Positions 8,717 through 19,037 are shown, counted from the first letter of the stretch. The stretch is DNA of 19,365 bases from Octopus sinensis (GCF_006345805.1 NW_021824205.1:1-19365); one strand, 5' to 3'. The notes: generated from the letters alone by a model not told the origin. Translations and numbers: made by a program.

Positions 8717-9106
8717 AGTAAAGATTGTTTGCCAACATAACATGGCAGTCCTGGTTTAGGACTAATGTTGCTGTAATTTAGCCCCAGGAGACTATACGGC
8801 ACGATCTGTGTCCTTATATTTTCAAACAAGGGAATCTAGTACCCCCACTAACCTCAAAACAATATCTGTGTATCGCGATTTCTGGGTTATTTCTCTTCAT
8901 CAACACAGAATAATCGTTCGGTTAGAAGTAGCACTGGCAAATTCCCGTTCGAAACATATAGTTTTCAAAGTGACAACTTGTTCGAAAATATAAGGACACA
9001 GATCGTATCATATAGCCAGCTGGAGACGATGTCTCCTGGGGCTAAATTACAGCAACATTAGTCCTAAACCAGGACTGCCATGTTATGTTGGCAAACAATC
9101 TTTACT
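8717..9106. mobile_element. Foldback/MITE-like element with 114/130-bp inverted arms
   Basis: 8717-8792 is the exact reverse complement of 9031-9106 (76/76). The arms continue to 8830 and 8977 with a 16-bp indel and 4 mismatches. No clear TSD. Confidence 0.8.
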
Positions 9107-9219
9107 ACTAAGTACTGTTGCTGAATATCTCTCGTTGTGAGATTTAAAAATAGTAATTTTCTAACAATATTTTTTTATTTTCTAAGAAGTATAACTAATT
9201 TATTGCAGATAAATTTTGA

Positions 9220-9269
9220 CAACGGGATCTTATATCTGGATGCATATGGATCCCCGTTGAGAAACACTG
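9220..9269. mobile_element. hAT-like terminus / collapsed MITE remnant
   Basis: TTGAGAAACACTG (9257-9269) is the reverse complement of the hAT-type TIR CAGTGTTTCTCAA. A short hairpin CAACGGGATC...GATCCCCGTTG lies next to it. The partner TIR was not clearly found. Confidence 0.4.
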
Positions 9270-9756
9270 GTGTAGAATAAAATTCTTGAAAGGAAAAAAA
9301 ATAATAAAATAAACGTTTTTTAAAACCCAAACTAATATTTATAGACTTATCTGCTTCGAGTATCACTGCAAAACAATGTACTTTATATTTCACAAAGTTT
9401 CTAAATTCTTATAAAACCATCCCCGTCAGTAATACTTTGGTGAATGACATACACAATCTGTTGGGACCATTCAACGTTAAATATAGAAATATGTGAATGC
9501 ATCTAACGACTTGCCGTAAGTACAGTCTCAAGTTATATGAAATACTATGACGTAATGAGAATGATTTCTGCCTTTTTGTTGTAGGGAGAGAAATGTGTCC
9601 ATGTAACCAAGCATAGCCAATCGACACATCACGATACGTTCGTAGTTTAATGTTTCGGACATGTGGATTGTCTATGTTCACCTTGTAGATCGTTTGCTTC
9701 TAGTAAATTTGTAACGACGTATTTTATTTGAAAATGTAGCCCTTTTCAAATATGAT

Positions 9757-9820
9757 GGCGGTGCCTCAACATGGCCGCAGTCTAATGATTGAAACACGAA
9801 GAAAAAAAAAGATAAAAGAT
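9757..9820 (+). mobile_element. Solo copy of the shared SINE-A/LINE 3' tail
   Basis: GGCGGTGCCTCAACATGGCCGCAGTCTAATGATTGAAACAC plus an A-rich AAGATA repeat. The upstream sequence matches neither SINE-A nor the LINE. Confidence 0.8.
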
Positions 9821-10215
9821 AAATGAATATCTTAGAAATAATCCTTGTCAGCTGTTTTGTGAAGAGAATTAAAATGGAATTTAAAATGACAAAGCAACAT
9901 CTGAAAAGAACCACTTGAGTAAACTTGTAAAATAACAAAGCAAGGACATTTTTCAACCACGTGGTACAACCGGAAAAAGGACGTCGTGTGGCTGCCAAAG
10001 AAGGCGATGTATTCTTTTGTTTTTGTGTTCGTTTCCTGTATCGAATGAATGGACAATCGAAAATCGAAATTGAAAGAAATTGGTAATATTTTAAGTAAGG
10101 ATTAGAAGCCGGTCTGTTGCCGTTTTGTGAGAAGGGCTTTCGTTAGTCCGATTACTTACCACTGGCACGTGCCTAAACGACATCGACACCTGTTAGCAGT
10201 GCATAGATGGCTATA

Positions 10216-10300
10216 TGGCAGAATGGCTAGGCTGTTGGATTCTGGATGTCTGCGTTATGAGTTCAAATCTCACCGAAATCAATTTTAGTTTCATCTTTTG
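10216..10300 (+). mobile_element. Decayed SINE family C head
   Basis: TGGCAGAATGG A-box-like motif, GAGTTCAAATCTC B box and TTTCATCTTTTGGGG body motif (compare the minus strand of 2264-2486). Confidence 0.6.
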
Positions 10301-10583
10301 GGGATCAGAAAAAAAAGACCCCCCAAAACAGCGCAGAGCGATGGGTTGATAGAATTGGTAAGAGCGTAAGAATAATGTCTGGGAGTGGCCATTTTGGGGA
10401 TCAGAAAACCCCCCACCAAAAAACAGCGCAGAGCGATGGGTTGATAGAATTGGTAAGAGCGTAGGAATGATGTCTGGGAGTGGCCATTTTGGGGATCAGA
10501 AAACCCCCCACCAAAAAACAGCGCAGAGCGATGGGTTGATAGAATTGGTAAGAGCGTAGGAATAATGTCTGGAAGTGGCCATT
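10296..10583. repeat. Minisatellite, 3 units of 95-96 bp
   Basis: Units start with TTTTGGGGATCAGAAAA at 10296, 10392 and 10487. Units 2 and 3 are nearly identical. Confidence 0.97.
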
Positions 10584-10830
10584 CCAGCTCAAAATCTTCT
10601 GAGTACAAATCCCGCTCCGTCACTGAAAACCTGTGACATTTCTGTTAGGAATGGTGACTAATAGGAAGTTGTTACAACAAATAGAATCGTAGGTTCATTT
10701 GGGTTGATTGGAACATCGACCACCACCAGTGGATCTCCGTCGCTTGACCATGAAGATTTACTTTGCTCAATCAATTGAATTATATGCACTTAAATTAACG
10801 TGCATATGGCCGAGTATTCCACAGGGTTAA

Positions 10831-11091
10831 CCTTTAGCATTCAGATTACTCTGTCAAATATAATGATTATTTATTCTCGTTATTGTTCTTTTATTCTTTT
10901 ACTTGTTTCAATCATTTGACTGCGGCCATGCTGGAGCACCGCCTTTAGTCGAGCAAATCGACCCCAGGATTTATTCTTTGTAAGTCTAGTACTTATTCTA
11001 TCGGTCTCTTTTCCCGAACCTCTAAGTCACGGGGATGTAAATACACCAGCATCGGTTGTCAAGCGATTTTGGGGGACAAACACAGACACAT

Positions 11092-11126
<35 letters not shown>

Positions 11127-11426
11127 TATATACGACGAGCTTCTTTCAGTTTCCATCTACCAAATCCACTCACAAGGTTTTGGTCGGCCTGAGGCTATAG
11201 TAGAAGACGCTTGGCCAAGGTGCCACGCAGTGGGACTGAATCCGGAACCATGTGGCTGGTAAGCAAGCTACTTACCACACATGCGTAACTTCAAGATTTC
11301 AATGATGTGATTCTTTATTTTTAGAATGACATTGTAGGATAGGTGTGAGAGGCTGGATCTGGCCAGTTTGAGCATAATAAAAGACGGGCTATTTGAGCCT
11401 GATATGGATCGCTTCGATGGTAAAGG
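10831..11426. mobile_element. TTAA-flanked (piggyBac-type) MITE remnant interrupted by SINE-A
   Basis: The left end reads TTAA|CCTTTAGCATT. A candidate right TIR GATGGTAAAGG (11416-11426) matches its reverse complement at 9/11 positions. The right-hand TTAA is not preserved. Confidence 0.4.
10886..11281 (-). mobile_element. SINE family A copy
   Basis: Reverse-complement homology to 163-564. The extreme 5' end is missing. Confidence 0.9.
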
Positions 11427-11550
11427 ACGAAAGCAACCCTTAAACAGAATGAGTAGGACACGCCTGAACCTTTTTAACTACAATCTATTCGAAGGGATTC
11501 TTTACAGTTTCCAAACACTGAATTTCACTCGGAAGGTATGAGTCAACATT

Positions 11551-11630
11551 CATCCAAAATGCCACGCAATGAGCTCAAACCCGGGTCCTTGTGGATGTGA
11601 AGCGAACCTTCTTACCGTTGGGACCAACAC
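11551..11630 (-). mobile_element. Diverged SINE-A-like head fragment
   Basis: The minus strand reads GGTAAGAAGGTTCGCTTC...CCGGGTTTGAGCTCATTGCGTGGCATTTTGGA, resembling the family A head. Confidence 0.55.
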
Positions 11631-11884
11631 AGAAGACTTTCGGTCATTGCTCGACCAGCTAGAAACAGCAGCCAAATGTCCTTCAAGATACACGTTAACG
11701 TCTGAAAGAAGGATGCATTGGACCATATGAGTCTCTGATATATAGACGGGATGTGCACGGTTGGAACGCCTTTGATTATATAGGTCTACTTCGTTGGGGT
11801 TACTCTGTAAAACAAACGAAGAGAAACGCCAGCAGTAGCGGCGGTAGCAGCAGCAGCAGCAGCCGTTAAAAATCCTCACCTCTG

Positions 11885-11998
11885 CTCTTTTTCTCTCTCT
11901 CTCTCTCTTTTTATCCCCCTCCCTTACTCTCTCTCTCTCTCTCTGTCTCTCTCTTGTCTCAACAGCTTCATTGACTTCCTGTACATCCTCCTTTCATT

Positions 11999-12031
<33 letters not shown>

Positions 12032-12355
12032 TCATCGTCTGCTTCCCAATCCACTCACTATATATATATATATAAAATATCTCCGTATATCACCTCCCAC
12101 CACTTCTCTCTCTATAATTACATATATTCCTCCCCATTGTCCCACTCCCCTTCCTTACTACTCTCACACTTCCTTTCACTAACACTTCCGCACAAACTCT
12201 GTCATAGCTTTCTCTTCACTTCCTCCCCTCCCCTCTGCATATTGTCTCTCTCCCCTCCCTCTCTTATCTCTCACCAATATTTCCCTCTTCATTTCCCCCC
12301 TTCCTTCGTCTCTGTCCTTCTCTAACCCACATTTTTAGCTATCCTCTCCCCCCCA
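11885..12355. repeat. Pyrimidine-rich (CT)n low-complexity region
   Basis: Directly visible. Confidence 0.85.
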
Positions 12356-12479
12356 CCTACTTGTGGTGTTTTAATATTTCTGACCTCCCCACCATTTTAC
12401 GCGCGCACGCGCACACACACCTTCGTTTTTTTCCCAGTTTTTACAGGAAAGTTTTTCGTCTTACCTTTATATATTGAGA

Positions 12480-12559
12480 GAAATACACACACACAAACAC
12501 ACACACACACACATATACATACATACATAATAAATAGATAGACAGACACATACATTCAC

Positions 12560-12597
<38 letters not shown>

Positions 12598-12680
12598 ACA
12601 TATACATATGCATATATATATATATATATGTATGTGTACATATACATACATGTATATATATATATGTGTGTGTGTGTGGG
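12480..12680. repeat. (CA)/(TA)/(TG) microsatellites
   Basis: Directly visible. Confidence 0.9.
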
Positions 12681-12685
12681 GGAGG

Positions 12686-12901
12686 TTGTGTGTCTGTGTT
12701 TGTCCCCCTAGCATTGCTTGACAACCGATGCTGGTGTGTTTACGTCCCCGTCTCTTAGCGGTTCGGCAAAAGAGACCGATAGAATAAGTACTGGGCTTAC
12801 AAAGAATAATTCCCGGGGTCGATTTGCTCGACTAAAAGGCGGTGCTCCAGCATGGCGCAGTCAAATGACTGAAACAGTAAAAGAGTAAAAGAGTAAAAGA
12901 G

Positions 12902-12904
<3 letters not shown>
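12686..12904 (+). mobile_element. SINE family A, 3' half, with (AAAAGAGT)n terminal repeat
   Basis: Homologous to 362-564. It ends in three TAAAAGAG units. Confidence 0.9.
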
Positions 12905-12942
<38 letters not shown>

Positions 12943-13439
12943 CTTACGTGTATGTATTTGTATGTATGTATGTATGTATGTATATGTATATATAATACAG
13001 CGTGACGAGAGCTTGTATGACTTAACAGCCGATAGATTTATGAATGATACCTAGAGACAGGCATGCGAGCATATTTACATACATTTATATATACATTTTT
13101 GCAAAAACTCTGCGTGCATATGAATGCGAATATGTGCATGTCATGTTGGTATTCTTTTACTAAAATCTGACTCACTCACTGTCCCCTTCTCCACCTCAAT
13201 CCCTTATTTCCCAGGCCAGACTGTAAGTTCTTCCTTGTATCATCACTACAGACGGTGATGTTGGTCAGGGGAAACATGGCGGTCGTGGTGATGATGCTGG
13301 TGGTGGTGGTGGTGGTGGAATTTCGTGATGTGAACACGCACGCCTCTCTAAGTAGGTTTGTAGACAACAACAACACAAACATGCACATATATAAACATAT
13401 GTATTTGCGTGTGTGGCGGTGGTGGTGATGGGGTACTCG

Positions 13440-13508
13440 AGTGTGTGTATGAATATCTATGTATCTATCAATCTATCAATCTATCAATCAATCAATCAAT
13501 CAATCAAT

Positions 13509-13552
<44 letters not shown>

Positions 13553-13830
13553 ACATATATATATATATATATAGACATACGCAATCACACACTTGTGCGC
13601 GTATGTAAACTAATATGGCTGCTTGTGGCTCGAGGACAAAAGAAGGCAAGCGACAGATACACGTAGTTTCACACTTATACACATACATAAACACACATAG
13701 ACGCACAGACACACAAACACACAGACTCGTTAAATACACACACACACACACACACAGACACACTTCCTCCAGGAAACGGGAGTCGCTCGAAATATTGTGG
13801 TACTTTTAGACAAGAGAGAGAGAGAGAAAA
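13440..13830. repeat. (TCAA)n/(CA)n/(TA)n/(GA)n microsatellite cluster
   Basis: Directly visible. Confidence 0.85.
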
Positions 13831-14189
13831 TAGAGGGGTCCCCCCCCTTATAAATTACAGATGTTGAAAACATTATTTCCTCAAATCATGTTTTATTTCA
13901 CTCATCTTTAACAGGGTGATTTGGGTGGGAGGGTCACGGATGGGAAGAGGAGAGAGAGGTGGGGGTTACGTTCGGTATGAGGCAAGATTTAGAGGGTAGG
14001 AGGTGGAGGAGGAGGGGGAAGAGGGTAGAAGGCTGAGGAAAAGGAGGATAAGGTCAGGTCATGGGGAAAAGGGGCGGGGAGAGGGGTGGGTGTACTTAAA
14101 AGTGTGCGGCTTGCTTTTTCTTCTGCAAATCATCCGTCTCGAGCCTCCCTTCCCTTTTGCCACGTTCTCGTATAAATACCCAAACATAT

Positions 14190-14205
14190 ATAATACCTAT
14201 ATATA

Positions 14206-14258
<53 letters not shown>

Positions 14259-14334
14259 TATAATATTATATTATATATGTACATATATACCTATACATAT
14301 GTACATTATACGTGTAAATACATACACATATATT

Positions 14335-14377
<43 letters not shown>

Positions 14378-14417
14378 ATATATATATATGTATATATATA
14401 TATGTATGTAATATATA

Positions 14418-14460
<43 letters not shown>

Positions 14461-14652
14461 TTAAGTAATACATCTATGTATGTATACATATAATATAAAT
14501 ATGTATGTATGTATGTATGTACACATGAAAACATTTTGAGATATTTAATCATGCATAGACATACATATATTATATGTACACATATATACATAAATATAGC
14601 GATATATATATATGTATCGCGATATTTGTATGTGTGCGTATCTAAGTCTGCG

Positions 14653-14710
<58 letters not shown>

Positions 14711-14790
14711 GTATGTATGTATTATATTGCTCATTCATTTATATATATGCATATATATATATATATATGTTGAATATGTAGATATGTGAG
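14190..14790. repeat. Degenerate (TA)n/(TATG)n tract
   Basis: Directly visible. Confidence 0.9.
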
Positions 14791-15017
14791 TGTGTGTATG
14801 ATACTGTACGCAATGCATGCATTCACATAGACAGGGCAGAGACATCGTAAACTCACGAGCAGTGCGCCTGCGCGCTCACTTTCCACAAGCTGTTGATGAT
14901 TAGCGCTGATGATCGACCGGATGTGATAGAAACATTCATTGAGGCAGAGTAGCGAAGCATTGTGGGTGGTGGAGGTGGTGGAGGTACAGATCGTGGCAGC
15001 GGAGGATAACTGATACA

Positions 15018-15149
15018 TCTCTCTCTCTCTCTCTCTATCTATCTATATCTAACCATTTATCTATCGATGTATCTCTCTGTCTCTTACTATCTATCTATCT
15101 ATCTATCTATCTAACTATCTGTCTATCTATCTATCTATCTACCTATCTA

Positions 15150-15240
<91 letters not shown>

Positions 15241-15245
15241 GTCTG

Positions 15246-15305
<60 letters not shown>

Positions 15306-15500
15306 CGTGCCTACGTACCTGCCTACATACCTACCTACCTACCTATCTATCTATCTATCTCTGTCTGTCTGTCTGTCTATCTATTTATTTATCCCCATCT
15401 TTACCAGTACGTACATTCATACTTACCTACATTCATACATATATTTATACAAACATATATACATACACACATACACACATACATACATCCATCCATTCAT
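15018..15500. repeat. (CT)n, (TCTA)n/(TCTG)n, (CCTA)n, (TACA)n microsatellites
   Basis: Directly visible. Confidence 0.95.
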
Positions 15501-16025
15501 ACTTACACATTCTGTTTTACATGTATGTGTTTGAGTTTGTGGTGTGAGAGAATTGAAAGGGTGGGAGTGCAGCCCTCAAACCGAAGGCGGCGACGGCGGC
15601 GTCGGCAGTGATCCTTATGAAAGTGGTGGTGAGTTCTGAAGGCAAGGCAAAGTTGATATGAATGGTTATAGAAAATAAAGTCACAGGATGAGAAAGGTGG
15701 AAGAGAGAGGGAGTAGAGAAAGAGAGAACAGGAACAGTAGATAGGGTGCTGGTAATGTGAGGGCGGCGACTCGAGACAGTTAATTATAGATAAGCCAAAG
15801 AGAGGGGGAGAGTTGTATAATCATAGAGAGGGAGTGAGAGAGAGAGAGTATTCTAAGTTTCAATTATATGATTTTATTGGAGTTATCTCCCTTGATAGTC
15901 CATTTGAGTTTCTCGTGTAGATCCTGTCGACATTGGTAATCCCAGTTTATCGAAATTTTTCTGCACACGATATCACCTATGGCAGACAGAGCCGCCTGTG
16001 CATTTCTGACGTAGAGCGCTTCCCT

Positions 16026-16287
16026 TCTAGCTGTTTATGTATGTATGTATGTATGTATGTATGTATGTATGTATGTATGTATGTATGTATGTGTGTACGT
16101 ATGTATGTATGTATGTATGCATGCATGCATGTATGTATGTATGTATGTATGTGTATGTATGTATGTATGTATGTATGTATGTATGTATGTATGTATGAAT
16201 GCATGTATGTATGTATGTATGTATGTATGTATGCATGCATGCATGCATGCATGTATGTATGTATGTATGCATGTATGTATGTATGTA
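16026..16287. repeat. (TATG)n/(CATG)n tetranucleotide array
   Basis: Directly visible. Confidence 0.97.
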
Positions 16288-16838
16288 TGAGACCTGATCA
16301 ATAAGTATCCGGACTGTTGCTATAGTAATGAAGGTAAGGCACACAGAGTGAAGCCGCTTGGCACAGATTGACCTTGAATTCTGTTGTGCATGCGCACTAA
16401 GTTTTAACGTTCTATCTCACTTTCGCTGTTTACAGCAGTACATGGAAGGAAGGTGTGTAGCGTGTGATCGTCACATTGACCATGGCAGAGAAAGCTCTCT
16501 TGGCGATACCTGTATAGAGGCCTATGCAAAGTTGCAGAAAGTGTAAGGAGAGGAGTGTATGAACCGCACACAAGTGTACGAATGGTTTAGACGTTTCCAG
16601 GATGGCTGAAAAAATGTCGATATTGAACGATCTGGGAAACCCGCAACCAGCCGAAGAGAAAAACAAACATCGTAAATGTGCGTGCAGCTGTGAGGGAAAC
16701 TCGTCGAATCACCATCCGCTAAAACGTAGTGCGCATGCACAGCAGAGATTAAGGTCAATCTGTGCCAAGCGGTTTCACTCTGCTTACCTTAGCTTCGTTA
16801 CTATAGTAACAGTCCGGATACTTATTGATCAGACCACG
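16288..16838 (+). mobile_element. Internally deleted mariner (Tc1/mariner) element with ~119-bp TIRs
   Basis: TA TSDs at 16286-87 and 16839-40. 16288-16406 matches the reverse complement of 16720-16838 at about 103/119. A transposase N-terminal remnant lies inside. Confidence 0.93.
16482..16720 (+). pseudogene. Mariner transposase N-terminal HTH remnant
   Basis: Reads M..LGDTCIEAYAKLQKV*GEECMNRTQVYEWFRRFQDG*KNVDIERSGKPATS / NIVNVRAAVRETRRITIR. This matches the Mos1/Himar-type paired HTH motifs (VY.WF.RF..G, ERSGRP) with stops and frameshifts. The DDD catalytic domain is absent. Confidence 0.9.
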
Positions 16839-16974
16839 TATACGCGCAAATTTGTATGTTTTACTCTATGCATGTATTCTCATGCATATACTCGCATGTA
16901 TAGACATGCTCATATAATATTTAAATGAAAAACGTCTGGAAAGTTTTATAGATTTTTACTGCTCTAGTGATAGA

Positions 16975-17650
16975 ATGTATGTATGTATGTATGTATGTAT
17001 TGTGTATGTTGTATGTATGTATGTATGTATGTATGTATGTATGTATGTATGCACTGTCTATGATGTAATGTATGTATGTATGTATGTATGTATGTATGTA
17101 TGTATGTATGTATGTATGTATGTATGTTGTATGTATGTTGTATGTATGTATGTATGTATGTATGTATGTATGTATGTATGTATGTTGTATGTATGTATGT
17201 ATGTATGTATGTATGTATGTATGTATGTATGTATGTATGTATGTGTTTGGATGTATGTATGTATGTATGTATGTATTGTATGTATGTATGTTGTATTGTT
17301 TGTATGTATGTATGTAGGTATGTATGTATGTATGTGTATGCATGTATGTATGTATGTATGTATGTATGTATGTATGTATGTATGTTGTTGTATTGTAATG
17401 TATGTATGTGATGTATGTTGTAGTATGTATGTATGTATGTATGTATGTATGTATGAATGTATGTATGTATGTATGTTGTATGTATGTATGTATGTATGGA
17501 TGTATGTTGTATGTATATATGAATGTATGTATGTATGTTATGTATGTATGTATGTATGTATGTATGTATGTATGTATGTATGTATGTATGTATGTATGTA
17601 TGCTTGTATGTATGTATGTGTGTGTGTGTGTGTGTGTGTACGTGTGTGTG
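16975..17650. repeat. Long interrupted (TATG)n array ending in (TG)n
   Basis: Directly visible. Confidence 0.97.
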
Positions 17651-18014
17651 TTTAGGTTGGTAGGTATGAAGGTAGATAGGTAGGTGGGTAGATAGTTGTG
17701 TCGGTCATTTCAAGGTTTTGTCAGTTCAGCAGAATAAACTTCGCTGAAGAGATGCAATAATACTGAAACATACACGTTACTGTCATCAATCTGTTTAATA
17801 TAACAGATCCACCCCAATGTGCATCATCTTTATTTGCCCAAAAATTTCAGTTGATTTTATTGACGTCATCTTCTTTATGCTTATTTAAAAAAAATTTAAC
17901 CAGCCCAAGAAGAAGATCTTTTCAACTAATTGTTCAGATAAACTCACAATTACAACGGAAACACACACAACACAAAATTTAACATGTGACTACTAACATA
18001 GCAAAAATGACCAC

Positions 18015-18088
18015 GGGCATATGGCATAGTGGTTAAGAGCGCGGGCTACTAACCCCAAGATTTCGAGTTCGATTCCAAGCAGTGACTC

Positions 18089-18135
<47 letters not shown>

Positions 18136-18274
18136 TCGAAAAATACCTTAGGAACGAGAACCCAGGTTCGAAATTTCCCCAAGACACCTGATGAAGGCTG
18201 GAGGGTTAGCAACAAACAAGATGAGGACAAATATCCGTCAAATGTAAGTAATGCAAATAATGTACATAATGTAA
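18015..18274 (+). mobile_element. SINE family D: tRNA head, (AAT)n, body with half-hammerhead, AATGTA-type terminal repeats
   Basis: A box TGGCATAGTGG (18022-18032), B box GAGTTCGATTCC (18065-18076), (AAT)n at about 18090-18134 and CACCTGATGAAGGCTGG at 18185. Imperfect AATGTA/AATGCA repeats mark the 3' end. There is only one copy in the window, so its extent is inferred. Confidence 0.7.
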
Positions 18275-18599
18275 AAATGGAAATCTCAATACTCCAAATT
18301 TGACCGTAATACACAAATCAACATATGGCTTTGTAATGCAACACGCTATTGGTTAGAATAGCTCTGTAGAGGGGAGGAGTCTACACGAGCTGAACTGATA
18401 TATAAGAAAGTACGCGACTGCCAAATACATATTCAAATCAATTCTTGGTAATGAGACTGTGACGTTCTAGAAGCGTCGATTATGAATTTTTGAAGTTTGT
18501 AGTTCGAAACCAAGTGTACAAAAGCTAATGAGAAAATATGAAGAATATAAAATAAAAAAGATGAAACTTGTATTTAGCAGTGTATCTTATGAAACATGC

Positions 18600-18628
18600 T
18601 TGTCTGTGTGTGTGTGTGTGTGTGTGTG

Positions 18629-18675
<47 letters not shown>

Positions 18676-18710
18676 TTGTCTGGTCTGTGTGTGTGTGTGT
18701 GTTTGTATGC
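18600..18710. repeat. (TG)n microsatellite
   Basis: Directly visible. Confidence 0.95.
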
Positions 18711-18899
18711 ATGAATTTCTCAAAATCCAATATGAATACATTTGCTATGGCAGTATTTTGCGAAAGCCTAAATGAAGAAAGAACTTTCCAATGGCTGTGT
18801 TGTTATACATAGTTGAACTCAAGGAAAAGCAAGTATTGACAATTTTATTCCAAGGTAAATGAATAGTTTGAACCAGAATCATGTTTTTGTGATCGCTGG

Positions 18900-19037
18900 G
18901 TATATATATTCTATTTTATAATATAATATATTATATATATATATATTATATATATACACGCTTTTTAGGACTTAATGCACTTTTAATTTATTGAGTAACG
19001 GAACGCCACGCATCCCGACTTTTGTTAACAATACGTT

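Noticed and set aside
9409-10056. Minus-strand ORFs of 74-106 aa
   Set aside because: No domain similarity is recognisable, one runs through the solo retroelement tail, and such lengths are expected by chance.
10296-10583. CRISPR-like array or repeat-encoded protein (ORFs 10291..10623 and 10401..10592)
   Set aside because: The units are contiguous with no unique spacers, no cas genes are present and the context is eukaryotic. The 95-bp period breaks the reading frame.
15910-16030. Possible exon after TCTCGTGTAG
   Set aside because: No recognisable protein motif in any frame and no convincing donor site before the microsatellite.
15933-17683. Many overlapping MYVC/HTYI ORFs
   Set aside because: Artefacts of (TATG)n arrays.
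18158-18210. Complete circularly permuted (type II) hammerhead using the upstream GAAA at 18170
   Set aside because: No stem I hairpin and no credible stem III or cleavage triplet can be formed between GAAA and CTGATGA.
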